A DNA stretch of 64,000 bases from a virus (taxonomy: Duplodnaviria; Caudoviricetes). The stretch is taken from the IMG/VR virus record IMGVR_UViG_3300021400_000252. One strand, given 5' to 3'. Positions 1 to 9,674 of this stretch are shown piece by piece. Position numbers and translations under genes: made by a program. The first letter of the stretch is position 1; every line of letters starts with the position of its first letter. The notes under the pieces are model-generated. The model was not told where the DNA came from. It did no database searches and saw only the letters and a list, made by a program, of their open reading frames with translations.

Positions 1-447
1 TAATGAATTTTGATATAAATAATTAATCTTTTCAAATTCATCTTTTGAATATTCTACTTCACACTTTAAAAACTTACAACGAGTTAAATAATCTTCATAA
101 GATTTATATAAAAAGATAATTTGATAAATATCATATTTTTTAGGCAAAACTTGTAGTGGATAATCAACTGACATAGTTCTATTAAATAATGAAGAATAAA
201 CAAAATCTGATGTAAATAATCTTGCCATAATAATATTAGAATCAAAACTCATTAATTCATCAGCTTGTCCTTTAAGAAAAGAAACTAACCAAGCTTTGAA
301 CTCCTCTTTGTTTCTATATTGAGGTGGATTATTCTTTTGAATATATACTTTTAAGCCTTCTATTTCTTTTTCTTCAACTTTCTTTAAAAAAGTGTCTTTA
401 CCAATACGATCAAAGCCTTCAACAATGATTAGTTTCTTCTTTTCCAT
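1..447 (-). CDS. dNMP/thymidylate kinase-like P-loop kinase (runs off the window edge)
   Basis: Not in the ORF track. ATG at 447 reads MEKKKLIIVEGFDRIGKDTFLKK, a TMPK-type EGxDxxGK P-loop. Confidence 0.8.
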   Translation of the reverse strand, partial: MEKKKLIIVEGFDRIGKDTFLKKVEEKEIEGLKVYIQKNNPPQYRNKEEFKAWLVSFLKGQADELMSFDSNIIMARLFTSDFVYSSLFNRTMSVDYPLQVLPKKYDIYQIIFLYKSYEDYLTRCKFLKCEVEYSKDEFEKINYLYQNSL

Positions 448-448
448 A

Positions 449-1000
449 TTAATCCTCCATTTGTTCTATCTTAATTTCAATATCTCGAATACGTTTAACA
501 CATTCGTCATACTTAATCTTAGCTTTTTTAGCGAAATAATTATTACCTAAAGTCACTTCAGTTATACAAAATAGACAACTAGATAACATATCACAAAGAT
601 ATACAATTAATGACTCTAAAGTCTCTCTATTATTATATTCATCTATAAGTTCTCTAGAACCTGGAAAGAAATTCTTATCATAAAATTCAATATACTTTGA
701 ATCTAGTTGATCAAAGAATGGTTGAATTTCTGGATTTTCTTGTTTAATATGGAATGGGAAATCACTAATAAAACTTTCTGGTAAATCGTGAATTATTGCC
801 ATCTTCATTGCTTTATCTACATCAAAATTATAATAATTAGATAAATACATAACAAATAAAGTTACGTAAAAAGAATGAGATGATACAGATTCGTCATGAA
901 CGTGATATTCAGTTGAAAATCTATTCATTTGATTTAACTTATAAGCTTTTTCAAAATGTTCAAAACATTCATCTAAATTAAAATTTTTTATCTTAACCAT
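449..1000 (-). CDS. HD-domain 5'-deoxynucleotidase (YfbR-like)
   Basis: Motifs ESVSSHSF, AIIHDLPE and CDML follow the H...HD...D pattern of the YfbR family. Confidence 0.8.
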   Translation of the reverse strand: MVKIKNFNLDECFEHFEKAYKLNQMNRFSTEYHVHDESVSSHSFYVTLFVMYLSNYYNFDVDKAMKMAIIHDLPESFISDFPFHIKQENPEIQPFFDQLDSKYIEFYDKNFFPGSRELIDEYNNRETLESLIVYLCDMLSSCLFCITEVTLGNNYFAKKAKIKYDECVKRIRDIEIKIEQMED

Positions 1001-1941
1001 TTTTCTAATGCACCTTCTAACTCATCAATGTTCTTAATATATAATACATTGTCTAACTTTAAAATATGTTGTTTAAACATAACTAATTTACAATCAAAAT
1101 GCTTAAATTCAAAAATACTCATATGCATAATCTCATCAATATCTTCAAGCATTGGAATAATAGGTTTAGATTTTAAAATAGTATTATAAACATCTCGGTC
1201 TGAACTTACGCGTTTATATAAAGTAGAATCAGTTAAAATTCCACTATCATTAACGTCAGTATAAAGTACTGTAAAATTATACTTTTTAGATAAATGTTCT
1301 AAAGCAGTCTTAATTTCTGGGATATGATATCCTGAATCAGATAATCTAAATGGTAAGAAAATTGTTTTCTTTTCTTCCATAACATCAAATAGATCAGAGT
1401 CAACATACCCACGTTCATAAAATTCTAATTGAGATTTTGTTGCATAGAAAGTAATGCACTTCTCACAAATTTCAAAATTAATCTTATCATATTCTTTTAC
1501 AAATGGAACATCTTTATTTATAGTTGTTGAAACTAAATTCCAGAAGATAATTTTACGAGATAATTCTGGTTTAGTTCTTAATAAATTTAAACAAAGATAA
1601 TTTGGTTCTACAACGATATAATCAAAATCGTCATAAGGTAAATTTGGAATTGCTTCATTAGTTCGAGTCTCTTTAGCATTTATTCCATAAAAATCGATAA
1701 ACTCAAAATTAATATTAAGATTTAATCTAGAACAAAAAGCATTTAAATCTTGAATTGAATTAATTGTTGAATTCTTTGGTAAAGTTACAGTTGCTTGACA
1801 ATTGCTCTTTTTAATCTTATATAAAACTCGATTAATATTACCATCAGCAAACACATTATAAAAATTTGTTTCATAACTGCGCATTGAAACAATTGGAATG
1901 AATAGGACGCGCTTGTCCTTAATTAAATGATCTAATTTCAT
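988..1941 (-). CDS. Putative DNA glycosyltransferase (GT-B-like; resembles the arabinosylation-cluster protein of RB69-like phages)
   Basis: Motifs PIVSMRSYET..DGN, NAKETR, IFLPFRLSD.GY, TDVNDS and H.SIFEF. It sits next to a dNMP kinase and thyA. The family resemblance is from memory. Confidence 0.55.
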   Translation of the reverse strand: MKLDHLIKDKRVLFIPIVSMRSYETNFYNVFADGNINRVLYKIKKSNCQATVTLPKNSTINSIQDLNAFCSRLNLNINFEFIDFYGINAKETRTNEAIPNLPYDDFDYIVVEPNYLCLNLLRTKPELSRKIIFWNLVSTTINKDVPFVKEYDKINFEICEKCITFYATKSQLEFYERGYVDSDLFDVMEEKKTIFLPFRLSDSGYHIPEIKTALEHLSKKYNFTVLYTDVNDSGILTDSTLYKRVSSDRDVYNTILKSKPIIPMLEDIDEIMHMSIFEFKHFDCKLVMFKQHILKLDNVLYIKNIDELEGALEKWLR

Positions 1942-1970
1942 TTAATAAACCTCTCTTTACTTAATTCTAG

Positions 1971-1982
1971 TATATAATACAA
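1971..1982 (-). promoter_or_regulatory. Class II promoter motif TTGTATTATATA
   Basis: Same motif as at 5075, 6999, 23367 and 25754, located 30 nt upstream of the start at 1941. Confidence 0.55.
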
Positions 1983-1983
1983 T

Positions 1984-2014
1984 AAAAAAGTAGCTAGAAA
2001 CGATGTTCTAGCTA
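1984..2014 (-). terminator. Intrinsic terminator after thyA
   Basis: TAGCTAGAA/TTCTAGCTA stem followed by a T-run on the minus strand. Confidence 0.7.
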
Positions 2015-2020
2015 TGATTT

Positions 2021-2872
2021 TTAAACTGCTATTTCAATTTTTTCTTCTAATTTTGTCGACTTATAATCGATTAATTTAAAATCGTTTTCAGTCATATCTT
2101 TAATTGAAGTCTTTTCTGGGTTAATCCATAAAGTTGGAGCCGGATATTTAGTATTAAATGCAATCTTAGGCATTAAATCCATATGTCTATCATAAATATG
2201 TAGGTTATTAATATAATGAATAAATTTTCCTGGTATTAAATTACATTCTCTAGCTACCATATGAACTAATAAAGCATATTCAATATCATTAAAGCCACCA
2301 GCACCTGCAGCAGCAACTAAATCTCCAGATCTTTGAATTAAAGTCATATTTAATCTACCATCTGTTACGTCCCATAATGTTTCATAACAACATGGAGCTA
2401 AATGCATTTCTAATTCTTCTGATGGATTCCACATTGTGACAATCATTCTACGGTCCATAGGGGAATTTTTTAACTTATAGATAAGATGTTCAACTTGATC
2501 CATAAATTGATAATTACCATTATCTTTATAAACATATTTCTTACCTAATTGATAACCATAAGCTTTACCAATTGAACCTTTTTCATCTGCCCATTGATCC
2601 CAAATATGTGCATTTAAATCATTAATATTATTTGATTTATCTCTGAATAACCATAAAATCTCTCGAACAGCTGTTTTAAAAGATTGAGTTCTTAATGTTA
2701 GGATTGGGAATTCTTTTTCTAGATCATAAGTTCTTACAACTCCAAAAATTTTTGTAGTATGGGCTGGAGTTCCGTCTTCCCACTTAGGTCTTACTTCAAA
2801 ATCTTTATCTGAAAAACCTTCATTAATTAATTTACTATATTCTTGAATAAAATATCTATCTGCCTGTGACAT
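2021..2872 (-). CDS. thyA: Thymidylate synthase
   Basis: Motifs IGKAYGYQ, RRMIVTMWN, LAPC (catalytic Cys), QRSGD, FN and NLHIYDRH. Confidence 0.95.
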   Translation of the reverse strand: MSQADRYFIQEYSKLINEGFSDKDFEVRPKWEDGTPAHTTKIFGVVRTYDLEKEFPILTLRTQSFKTAVREILWLFRDKSNNINDLNAHIWDQWADEKGSIGKAYGYQLGKKYVYKDNGNYQFMDQVEHLIYKLKNSPMDRRMIVTMWNPSEELEMHLAPCCYETLWDVTDGRLNMTLIQRSGDLVAAAGAGGFNDIEYALLVHMVARECNLIPGKFIHYINNLHIYDRHMDLMPKIAFNTKYPAPTLWINPEKTSIKDMTENDFKLIDYKSTKLEEKIEIAV

Positions 2873-2883
2873 AAAGCCTCCTA

Positions 2884-3063
2884 TTAATATTCATTTTTAG
2901 AAACGTCTAGACAAACACAGTAATCTTTATCAAGTTCATCTGCAAAGATCTGAACTATATAATATTCACCATATTTTGTTAAGTCATATTCATCCCATTT
3001 TTGTTCATCTAGATTAAAAATTACTGGATTCATAATTGTTACATCAAGATCTTTTACTTGCAT
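2884..3063 (-). CDS. Small hypothetical protein (59 aa)
   Basis: The ATG overlaps the Mre11 stop (TAATG). The frame MQVKDLDVTIMNP...SKNEY fills the gap to thyA. Confidence 0.65.
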   Translation of the reverse strand: MQVKDLDVTIMNPVIFNLDEQKWDEYDLTKYGEYYIVQIFADELDKDYCVCLDVSKNEY

Positions 3064-4115
3064 TATTTAAAGACCTCCACTAGTTCATATTCTAAAACTG
3101 AATTATTATCTAACTTTGCTTTACATAATTTCTTATATTCATTTTCATAATCACTTAGAGCTAAGTCATCAACATTAAATTCTTCATCTGAAACATAAAT
3201 ATTATTTAATGAATCTATAATTCTTTTTGCAATAATCTTTTGATTATTTTCTAATTTCTCTTTTAATGTTTTTACTAATTCATGTTGACATTTTGTTTGA
3301 ACAACCGCATTGTCTTTGATTAGATCTAATTGTGCAAAATCATCTTCTGTATTTATATCTATCTTATAGAAATTAAATGCATAAGGATTTTCGATAAATT
3401 CAAGATTTAAAGTTTCAGTATCTAAAATTAAAATATTATGTGAATACTTAAATGCATCTTCACCAAAATCTTTTCCAGTTAAATTTCCTAAATTTAAAAT
3501 TTTATCTGTGACCCAAATACCATTATGTAAATGACCATTAATAAATAGATCACAATTTTCCTCAATTTCGTCTTTTTCAAAACCAACTGATGAAATAATT
3601 GGACCCATTTTAATTCCAGCTAAATCATTATGAGAAAAAATTATACGTTTTAAATCTGTTCTTTTTCCAAAATAATCTACTAATGGTTGTCTATCACTCT
3701 CTGGAATATATGGTAAAATACAAATTTCAGTATTATCGATAATAAATTTTGTTGGAGTATTAATTACAGCTCTATCAAATTCACCTTTTGAATTTTTATG
3801 CTCAAGTAAGCTTGATAAGTGGAATGTTAAATCATGAAAATGTGTTTCGTGATTACCAACAATAAAAATCATCGGAATTTTTGACCACTTAATTTCCATA
3901 AACGCTGAAGCCTCAGTATCATTTAAATTTGTTCGATCAAAAAAGTCTCCTAAACAAATTATTTGAGAACAATTATGAATTTCAGCTTGTTCATGAAGTC
4001 ATTGAAGTGACTCTAATTGATTTTCTAGTCTTAATGTAGTATATTTACCTTTTTGAGTTACAATACTGCTTTTTTCACAAAAGTGATTATCAGCATATAT
4101 TAAAATTTTACTCAT
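3063..4115 (-). CDS. Mre11/SbcD-like nuclease (T4 gp47-like); one TGA-Trp at 4001-3999
   Basis: With TGA as Trp it reads MSKILIYADNH...LQWLHE...CLGDFFDR...VGNHE...FSH...GHLH, giving all metallophosphoesterase motifs. The track ORF lacks motifs I and II. Confidence 0.92.
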
Positions 4116-4755
4116 TCTTGTCTTCTTTCTTTTTTTCTACTTTTTCTTCCTTTTTAGGCTCTTCTTTCTTTTCAACACTCCAAGGAGCTAGATAACAAGT
4201 AGCTACATCTGCCATATGTGTTAAAGAGACTAATGGATTAGATTCATAAATTAAATAGATATCAGAAGCACTTTGTTCATTAAATCCACCATGACATAAT
4301 GCTAAAATTTGGTCATCAGTAAAATCTACAAAATGTTTTGCAAGCATATATGATGCAAAAGAATTATTACCATAGACTGGTCTATTATTTGTAACTTTAA
4401 ATGTTAAAACTTCTTCAGTAGCACCTGTATTAGGATTTACTTGTTGTTTATAAAATGGTTCATATAAAGCACATTTATAAAAGTTTCTAAATAATGCAAC
4501 TTTAATAATATCTTCACGTGTAACAGATTCTATATTATATACGTCACGTAATAAAATCATATTATCAAATAGCTTTAATGCTGTTTCACAAAGAGCACCT
4601 GGATAACTTCCATAACCTGTAGAGGTAAAAATTCCATTAAAATAATCGATTCTTTCTAAAAAATCAATTATTTTTTCCATATCAAAATTTAGTTCTGATA
4701 ATAATTCTAAATATCTAACTTTATTGTCAAATCTTTGTTCTTCAGTTAATGCCAT
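4108..4755 (-). CDS. Degenerate HD-domain protein (metal ligands lost)
   Basis: YGSYPGALCET, VALFRNFYK (HD replaced by RN) and LTHMAD follow the phage HD hydrolase layout. Start MALTEEQ has an AAGGA RBS. Confidence 0.55.
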   Translation of the reverse strand: MALTEEQRFDNKVRYLELLSELNFDMEKIIDFLERIDYFNGIFTSTGYGSYPGALCETALKLFDNMILLRDVYNIESVTREDIIKVALFRNFYKCALYEPFYKQQVNPNTGATEEVLTFKVTNNRPVYGNNSFASYMLAKHFVDFTDDQILALCHGGFNEQSASDIYLIYESNPLVSLTHMADVATCYLAPWSVEKKEEPKKEEKVEKKKEDKNE

Positions 4756-4856
4756 ATTCAAATTTCCTTTCTTAAAACTTACTTTATAATACACTATTTT
4801 TTCCTTAAATTTTAGGTCTAATTTTTTTAAAAATTTATTTTTCAATTAAATTATTT

Positions 4857-4865
4857 GCTAAATTG
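4857..4865 (+). promoter_or_regulatory. Late-promoter-like motif variant (TTTGCTAAATTGTCTGAT)
   Basis: One mismatch to the GCTAAATTA consensus; intergenic. Confidence 0.45.
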
Positions 4866-4899
4866 TCTGATGCGTGCAAAAATGTGTGCAGAATCCGTA

Positions 4900-5100
4900 A
4901 AAATTCATAAAAATAAATAAATTATAATAATAAATATAAATATTATTAATAATATATTATAAATATATAAAATATTATATATAATTATAGATAAATATAT
5001 TATAAATATTATATATTATTGTTTTTTGCGAAAAATTTTAGAAAAATTATATGCTAAAATCTTTTTTGTATAAATTGTATTATATTATATACTTCAAAAA
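4900..5100. other. Near-pure A/T tract at the coding-strand switch; candidate replication origin or divergent promoter region
   Basis: Repeated ATAAATAT(A/T)AT units. Genes to the left are on the minus strand and genes to the right are on the plus strand. Confidence 0.45.
5075..5090 (+). promoter_or_regulatory. Class II promoter motif TTGTATTATATTATAT
   Basis: Recurrent intergenic motif, here upstream of Rad50. Confidence 0.55.
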
Positions 5101-5124
5101 TCAAAGAAAGGAAAAGGCTTTATA

Positions 5125-6993
5125 ATGATAAAATTTAACACTGTAAAAATACATAATTTTTATTCTTATGGAGATGCCGAAATTGATTTAAGAGATAAAG
5201 GATTTTGTTTAGTAAGTGGAAAAAATAATTTTGAAAAAGATAATGCAGCATCTAATGGGTCAGGTAAATCTGCTTGGATTAATGCAATGTGTGCATGTTT
5301 AATTGGTGAAACACTTACTGGTCAACGTAGTGGATTTAAAAATTTATTTTTAGAAGAAAATTCGTGTTGGGTAACTGTTGATATGAACTTTTTCGAAGAT
5401 AATTTTATTATCACACGAATTTTTAACCCTAAATCAGATTTAAAAATAATTAAAAATGGTGAAGATATTTCTGGAAAAACATTAAGAGATTCTGAAGCTA
5501 TCTTAGCAGAACAATTACCAGATATAAATAGAGACTTACTTGGATCTAGTATTTTAATTGGACAAGGATTTCCAGATAGATTATCTGCATTAACTCCAGC
5601 AAAAAGAAAAGAAAAACTAGAAAATCTAACAAAAACAGATTTTATGGTAAAAGAAATTAGAGAAAAAATCGAAAATCGTCTTAATGTTTTAGATACAGAT
5701 TTAAGAAATACTGAAGATAAGATTTTAGTAAAAAATACTTTAATTCAGACTAATCGAACAACATTAAATACTATTACTACAGAATTAGAAACACTTCAAA
5801 CTAATTCAAACTTCGATGCTGAGATTAAAAATCTTGAATCTGAGATCGAATCAAATAGAACATTATATGATGATAAATCAAAAGAATTAACAGAATTTAA
5901 TAATGAATTATCTGCAGTAAATACTAAATATTTAAAATTAACTTCAGATAAATCAGAACAATTACAATCTATGTTTGAAGCATTTAATACAAAATTTAAT
6001 TCAGTAAATGCTGAGAAAATTGCTTTAAATTCTGAAAAATCTAATTTACAACATCAAATTCAACATATAAAATCTATTGTAGATGTCTGTCCTACTTGTC
6101 ACCAAAAGTTAGCTGGTGTAACTAAACCAGATACTAAAGAACAAGAAGCTAGAATAGTTGAAATTGATAAACAAATTAATGTAATAGATCAAGAACTTAA
6201 TAAGTTAAAAGAAACAAAAGCTAAATATGAATTAGAAATTAAAAATACTTTTGATAAAGATATTTCAGATTTAGATAAGAAAAAGGCAGATTTAAATACT
6301 AAAATATCTTTATATAATGGAAATTTAAGTAAATTAAATACTCAAATTTTAAATTTAAATAATAAATTAAGTTCTATTCAGACAAATAAAGCTAATTATT
6401 TATCAAGATTAAATGATTTAAACTCTAAAAAAGAAGAAACCGAAAAGATTTTATTAAAATTAGACTTAGAAGTTCAAGAATTAAACACTTCTAAACAAGA
6501 AATCTTAGAACATACTCAAGTAGTTAAGAAGATGGAAAGTTTAATTAAACGTGATTTTAGAGGTATTTTATTACAAAATGTTATTAAGTATATTAATTCT
6601 AAATCTAAAACATTTAGTCAAACAGTTTTTGGAACTCAAGAAATTGAAATTGTTTTAAACGGAAATAATCTTGATATTTCTTATTGTAATAAGCCAATTG
6701 AGAGTCTTTCTGGTGGTGAAAGAACTAGAGTTGATTTAATTATTCAATTAACATTAAGAGATTTATTAAAGAATTATTTAAATTTAAATTCAAATATTCT
6801 TGCATTAGATGAAATTACAGATTTCTTAGACGAAAAGAGCTGTAATGCAGTAATGAACTTAATTGAAAATGAATTAAATTCAACTGAATCTGTCTTTATT
6901 ATAAGTCATATGGCTAATCAATTATCTTTACCTATTGACTCAGAGATCAGAGTAGAAAAAAGCGCTGAAGGCATCAGCTCGATAATATACTAA
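5125..6993 (+). CDS. Rad50/SbcC-like ATPase (T4 gp46-like)
   Basis: Walker A NGSGKS, Q-loop, coiled coil with CPTC zinc hook, LSGGE signature, Walker B LALDE and ISH. Confidence 0.95.
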   Translation: MIKFNTVKIHNFYSYGDAEIDLRDKGFCLVSGKNNFEKDNAASNGSGKSAWINAMCACLIGETLTGQRSGFKNLFLEENSCWVTVDMNFFEDNFIITRIFNPKSDLKIIKNGEDISGKTLRDSEAILAEQLPDINRDLLGSSILIGQGFPDRLSALTPAKRKEKLENLTKTDFMVKEIREKIENRLNVLDTDLRNTEDKILVKNTLIQTNRTTLNTITTELETLQTNSNFDAEIKNLESEIESNRTLYDDKSKELTEFNNELSAVNTKYLKLTSDKSEQLQSMFEAFNTKFNSVNAEKIALNSEKSNLQHQIQHIKSIVDVCPTCHQKLAGVTKPDTKEQEARIVEIDKQINVIDQELNKLKETKAKYELEIKNTFDKDISDLDKKKADLNTKISLYNGNLSKLNTQILNLNNKLSSIQTNKANYLSRLNDLNSKKEETEKILLKLDLEVQELNTSKQEILEHTQVVKKMESLIKRDFRGILLQNVIKYINSKSKTFSQTVFGTQEIEIVLNGNNLDISYCNKPIESLSGGERTRVDLIIQLTLRDLLKNYLNLNSNILALDEITDFLDEKSCNAVMNLIENELNSTESVFIISHMANQLSLPIDSEIRVEKSAEGISSIIY

Positions 6994-6998
6994 AAATA

Positions 6999-7010
6999 TT
7001 GTATTATATT
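6999..7010 (+). promoter_or_regulatory. Class II promoter motif TTGTATTATATT
   Basis: Recurrent motif, followed by a GGAG RBS and ATG at 7031. Confidence 0.55.
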
Positions 7011-7030
7011 TTATATAATAGGAGATCGAT

Positions 7031-7858
7031 ATGTTATGGAAAAAACCCACAGGTATGTCTTATTGTGACATGTGTATATGAATAGATAAAAGTGGAGTTA
7101 TCCCAAGAATTGCTGAAAATAAAGGAAAATACCCTAAAGATGAGGATCTAGTTTATAATTATTTGTGGTTATTAACTAAGATGCTTGCAATTAAAAAACA
7201 TATGTTTGTAAATTTCTCAGACTATGATGGGTTTGCCTTCCATGCAGCTTCATTCTATTATTTCCAATTAATTAAGAATTGAAATAATCGTGGAAAATCA
7301 GTTAAAGGAAGAATAATTGGTCCTATTGTTAATATTCTAGATTATGTAAAAGGAACATTACACAATAGACGAGTTGAATATCAAGATCAATCATTTAGAC
7401 AGGTTTTATCTGAAGAAATGAATGATAATAATTTTGATCCATTCCAATTTAAACAACAATTATTATCTGATGCTCGGGCTCAAAATTATTCAAAAACAAT
7501 TACAACAATTACAGAATCAATTAAACAATGTGATTATCTAATCGATGAACTGTTAAAAACAACACCATTTAGGAAAGATTCATCGGATTGGAGAAATATA
7601 AAAATTTCAATTTTATTAAATACACGTAATATATTAGAAAAAAGAAATAAATTAGTTCCGCTTCAACAAGGTGTTTCGGTAACGTTATGACATTTACCAA
7701 AATCTCTTTCTGAATATGTTAGAGTATTAATTAATGAATTCTTTATTAAATTAAAGAGATTAATCTTAGATTGTTTCGAAATGGATAGAGTTGATGAATC
7801 AATCTTAACTAAAATGATTTCAAATCCGGAGGGCACTTATGAAGAAGAGCTTGATTAA
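7031..7858 (+). CDS. 275-aa protein with three TGA-Trp codons; possible phage sigma factor (gp55-like)
   Basis: Continuous frame through TGA at 7079, 7280 and 7688 to TAA at 7856. It has an RBS and overlaps the next gene. The sigma call is weak, based on position after gp46 and the segment LLTKMLAIKKHMFVNFSDYD. Confidence 0.6.
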
Positions 7859-8243
7859 AGCTAATTTAGATAAATTACACTTATCAGATATTTACACTTT
7901 AATGATGTTTATATTATTTAAAGTAGAAGAAGTTCCAGAATATGCAACATTAAGTAGATTATGTTTCTTATTAGATGGAAATAATTTAACTAGACTTTTA
8001 GCATATTTTGCAGGTCAAACAATTAAAATTCCTACTGAAGAAGAATTTAAAGAATTAACAAATGCATTATTATTATATCAATATATTAATCTTGAAGGTC
8101 AATCTTTAGTAGATGCACAAAGACAATTAAATGTAAAAGATGATAAAGAAAAAGAAAAGATACTTGATTTATATTTAAAAATTATTCCAATTATTAAAGA
8201 ATATAATATTGATGAGGAGTCACTTAAGAATCATGGTAGATAG
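7839..8243 (+). CDS. Mor/C-family transcription activator-like protein
   Basis: LTRLLAYFAGQTIKIP resembles the Mor-family FGGxxxYIP signature. Confidence 0.5.
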   Translation: MKKSLIKANLDKLHLSDIYTLMMFILFKVEEVPEYATLSRLCFLLDGNNLTRLLAYFAGQTIKIPTEEEFKELTNALLLYQYINLEGQSLVDAQRQLNVKDDKEKEKILDLYLKIIPIIKEYNIDEESLKNHGR

Positions 8244-8472
8244 AATTGATTGGGAGTCTCCTAAATTTCTAGAAGAAAATAGAAATTTTAAAACAAGATT
8301 ATTATTTATAAATAGTATTTTTTCAGATAAATTTGATGAACAAGATATAATTGGAAGATGTATTCAACATAAATTAAATTTTATGTTAGATAATTTAGAA
8401 AAAGAAACTGAAAGATCTTTATGGAATGTTAAAGGTGTAGATCCAATAAAGATTATGAAGTATTTAGATTAA
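8233..8472 (+). CDS. Hypothetical protein
   Basis: Open frame in the operon; ATG at 8233 overlaps the upstream gene. Confidence 0.6.
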   Translation: MVDRIDWESPKFLEENRNFKTRLLFINSIFSDKFDEQDIIGRCIQHKLNFMLDNLEKETERSLWNVKGVDPIKIMKYLD

Positions 8473-8483
8473 GGAGAAAATCC

Positions 8484-8816
8484 GTGGTTAAAAGAAATAT
8501 TGTAGATGATTTTGGAACTATATTTAAATTATCTTCAAAGCAAACATCATATATGACTGATATTTTTATTAATTGTATATGTGAAGCAATTAGAACAGCT
8601 AAAGCACAAAACGAATCAATATTAGTTTTAGATTTAGGAGTAAGTTCATTAAGCATAAATCTTGAAGATGGAAGTTGGAAAAGTGTACCATCTAAATCAA
8701 TGAAGAGTGCTTTTGGAAAGTCTATTTCTTCATCTCAACCAGAAGATTTACTAGTGGAGTCATTAACTGAAGCTATTGCAGCTAAGTTAAATTCTATTAT
8801 TAATGAGGTAGTATAA
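8484..8816 (+). CDS. Possible divergent HU/IHF-like DNA-binding protein
   Basis: LSSKQ...DIFINCICEAI...LDLGVSSL...PSKSMKSAF follows the HU layout with short arms. GTG start with AAGGAG RBS. Confidence 0.4.
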   Translation: MVKRNIVDDFGTIFKLSSKQTSYMTDIFINCICEAIRTAKAQNESILVLDLGVSSLSINLEDGSWKSVPSKSMKSAFGKSISSSQPEDLLVESLTEAIAAKLNSIINEVV

Positions 8817-8818
8817 TT

Positions 8819-9379
8819 ATGACTGATGAACAAAAACAAGATTTAGTCCTTGTAGATGATTTATCAGATGAAGATTTAAAAGAAAATATTGATGGATTAA
8901 AACGTGAAGCTTTAGAAATACTTAGCCAAATTACAACAACTTCAAATGAAGAAAAACAAAAAGATTTGCTTTATTTATTCAATCAAAATCAAAAGAAAAA
9001 AGCAATTGTTAGATCAAATAGCTATGGTGATCTATTAGATAATGTTTTAGGTGAAACAAAAGATAGAATATTAAACCATCCAGAAGAAATGGATATGGTT
9101 CAATTAATGAACATGTTAAAGATTATTCAAGATTTAATTGAAAAGAATAATAATTTAATTAATGGACAAACACCTAATACATTAATTCAAGTTAATAAAC
9201 ATACAACAAATGTTAATGTTGAAACTACAGATCCAAGACTTGAAGGAATTAATACTCAAAAAAGAAAGAATATTAATGATTTCTTAAGTTCTTTAGGTCT
9301 TTACTCTAAAGATAAAGATGAAGCTGAAGTAATTGATGCAGACATAGCTAATCTTGATGGAGATAAAAATGAAGAATAA
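8819..9379 (+). CDS. Hypothetical protein; possible terminase small subunit
   Basis: Helical body followed by an Asn/Thr-rich strand (NTLIQVNKHTTNVNV) and an acidic tail, as in many TerS proteins. Weak call. Confidence 0.35.
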   Translation: MTDEQKQDLVLVDDLSDEDLKENIDGLKREALEILSQITTTSNEEKQKDLLYLFNQNQKKKAIVRSNSYGDLLDNVLGETKDRILNHPEEMDMVQLMNMLKIIQDLIEKNNNLINGQTPNTLIQVNKHTTNVNVETTDPRLEGINTQKRKNINDFLSSLGLYSKDKDEAEVIDADIANLDGDKNEE

Positions 9380-9674
9380 TATCAAAGATGTTTTAGATAA
9401 AATTAAGTTAAATAAAAGTGGAACATTTAAAAATCATTTTTATGTTATTGATCTTGAAGATAGCGATGAATATGCAAGAGTTTATTCTTTATTAGATGAA
9501 GTTGCTATTAATACTGAATATCCAGCTTTTACAAAGAATTCAAATAATTCAACAGTTAAAATAACAAATTATTTTGAAATAGACGTAAATGAAATAAAGT
9601 ATAATATATTTTTAATGGCTGATTTTGAAAATGATAAGTATTATTTAAAGATTGATGAACTTGGAGATGAATAA
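9369..9674 (+). CDS. Hypothetical protein
   Basis: ORF with a GGAG RBS. Confidence 0.7.
   Translation: MKNNIKDVLDKIKLNKSGTFKNHFYVIDLEDSDEYARVYSLLDEVAINTEYPAFTKNSNNSTVKITNYFEIDVNEIKYNIFLMADFENDKYYLKIDELGDE

Noticed and set aside
449-1000. DatZ of a 2-aminoadenine (Z) genome pathway
   Set aside because: The HD fold is compatible, but no purZ or mazZ is in the window and the neighbours point to another pathway.
2021-2872. thyA as a dCMP hydroxymethylase
   Set aside because: It retains the Asn of the FN motif that specifies dUMP and looks like an ordinary thymidylate synthase.
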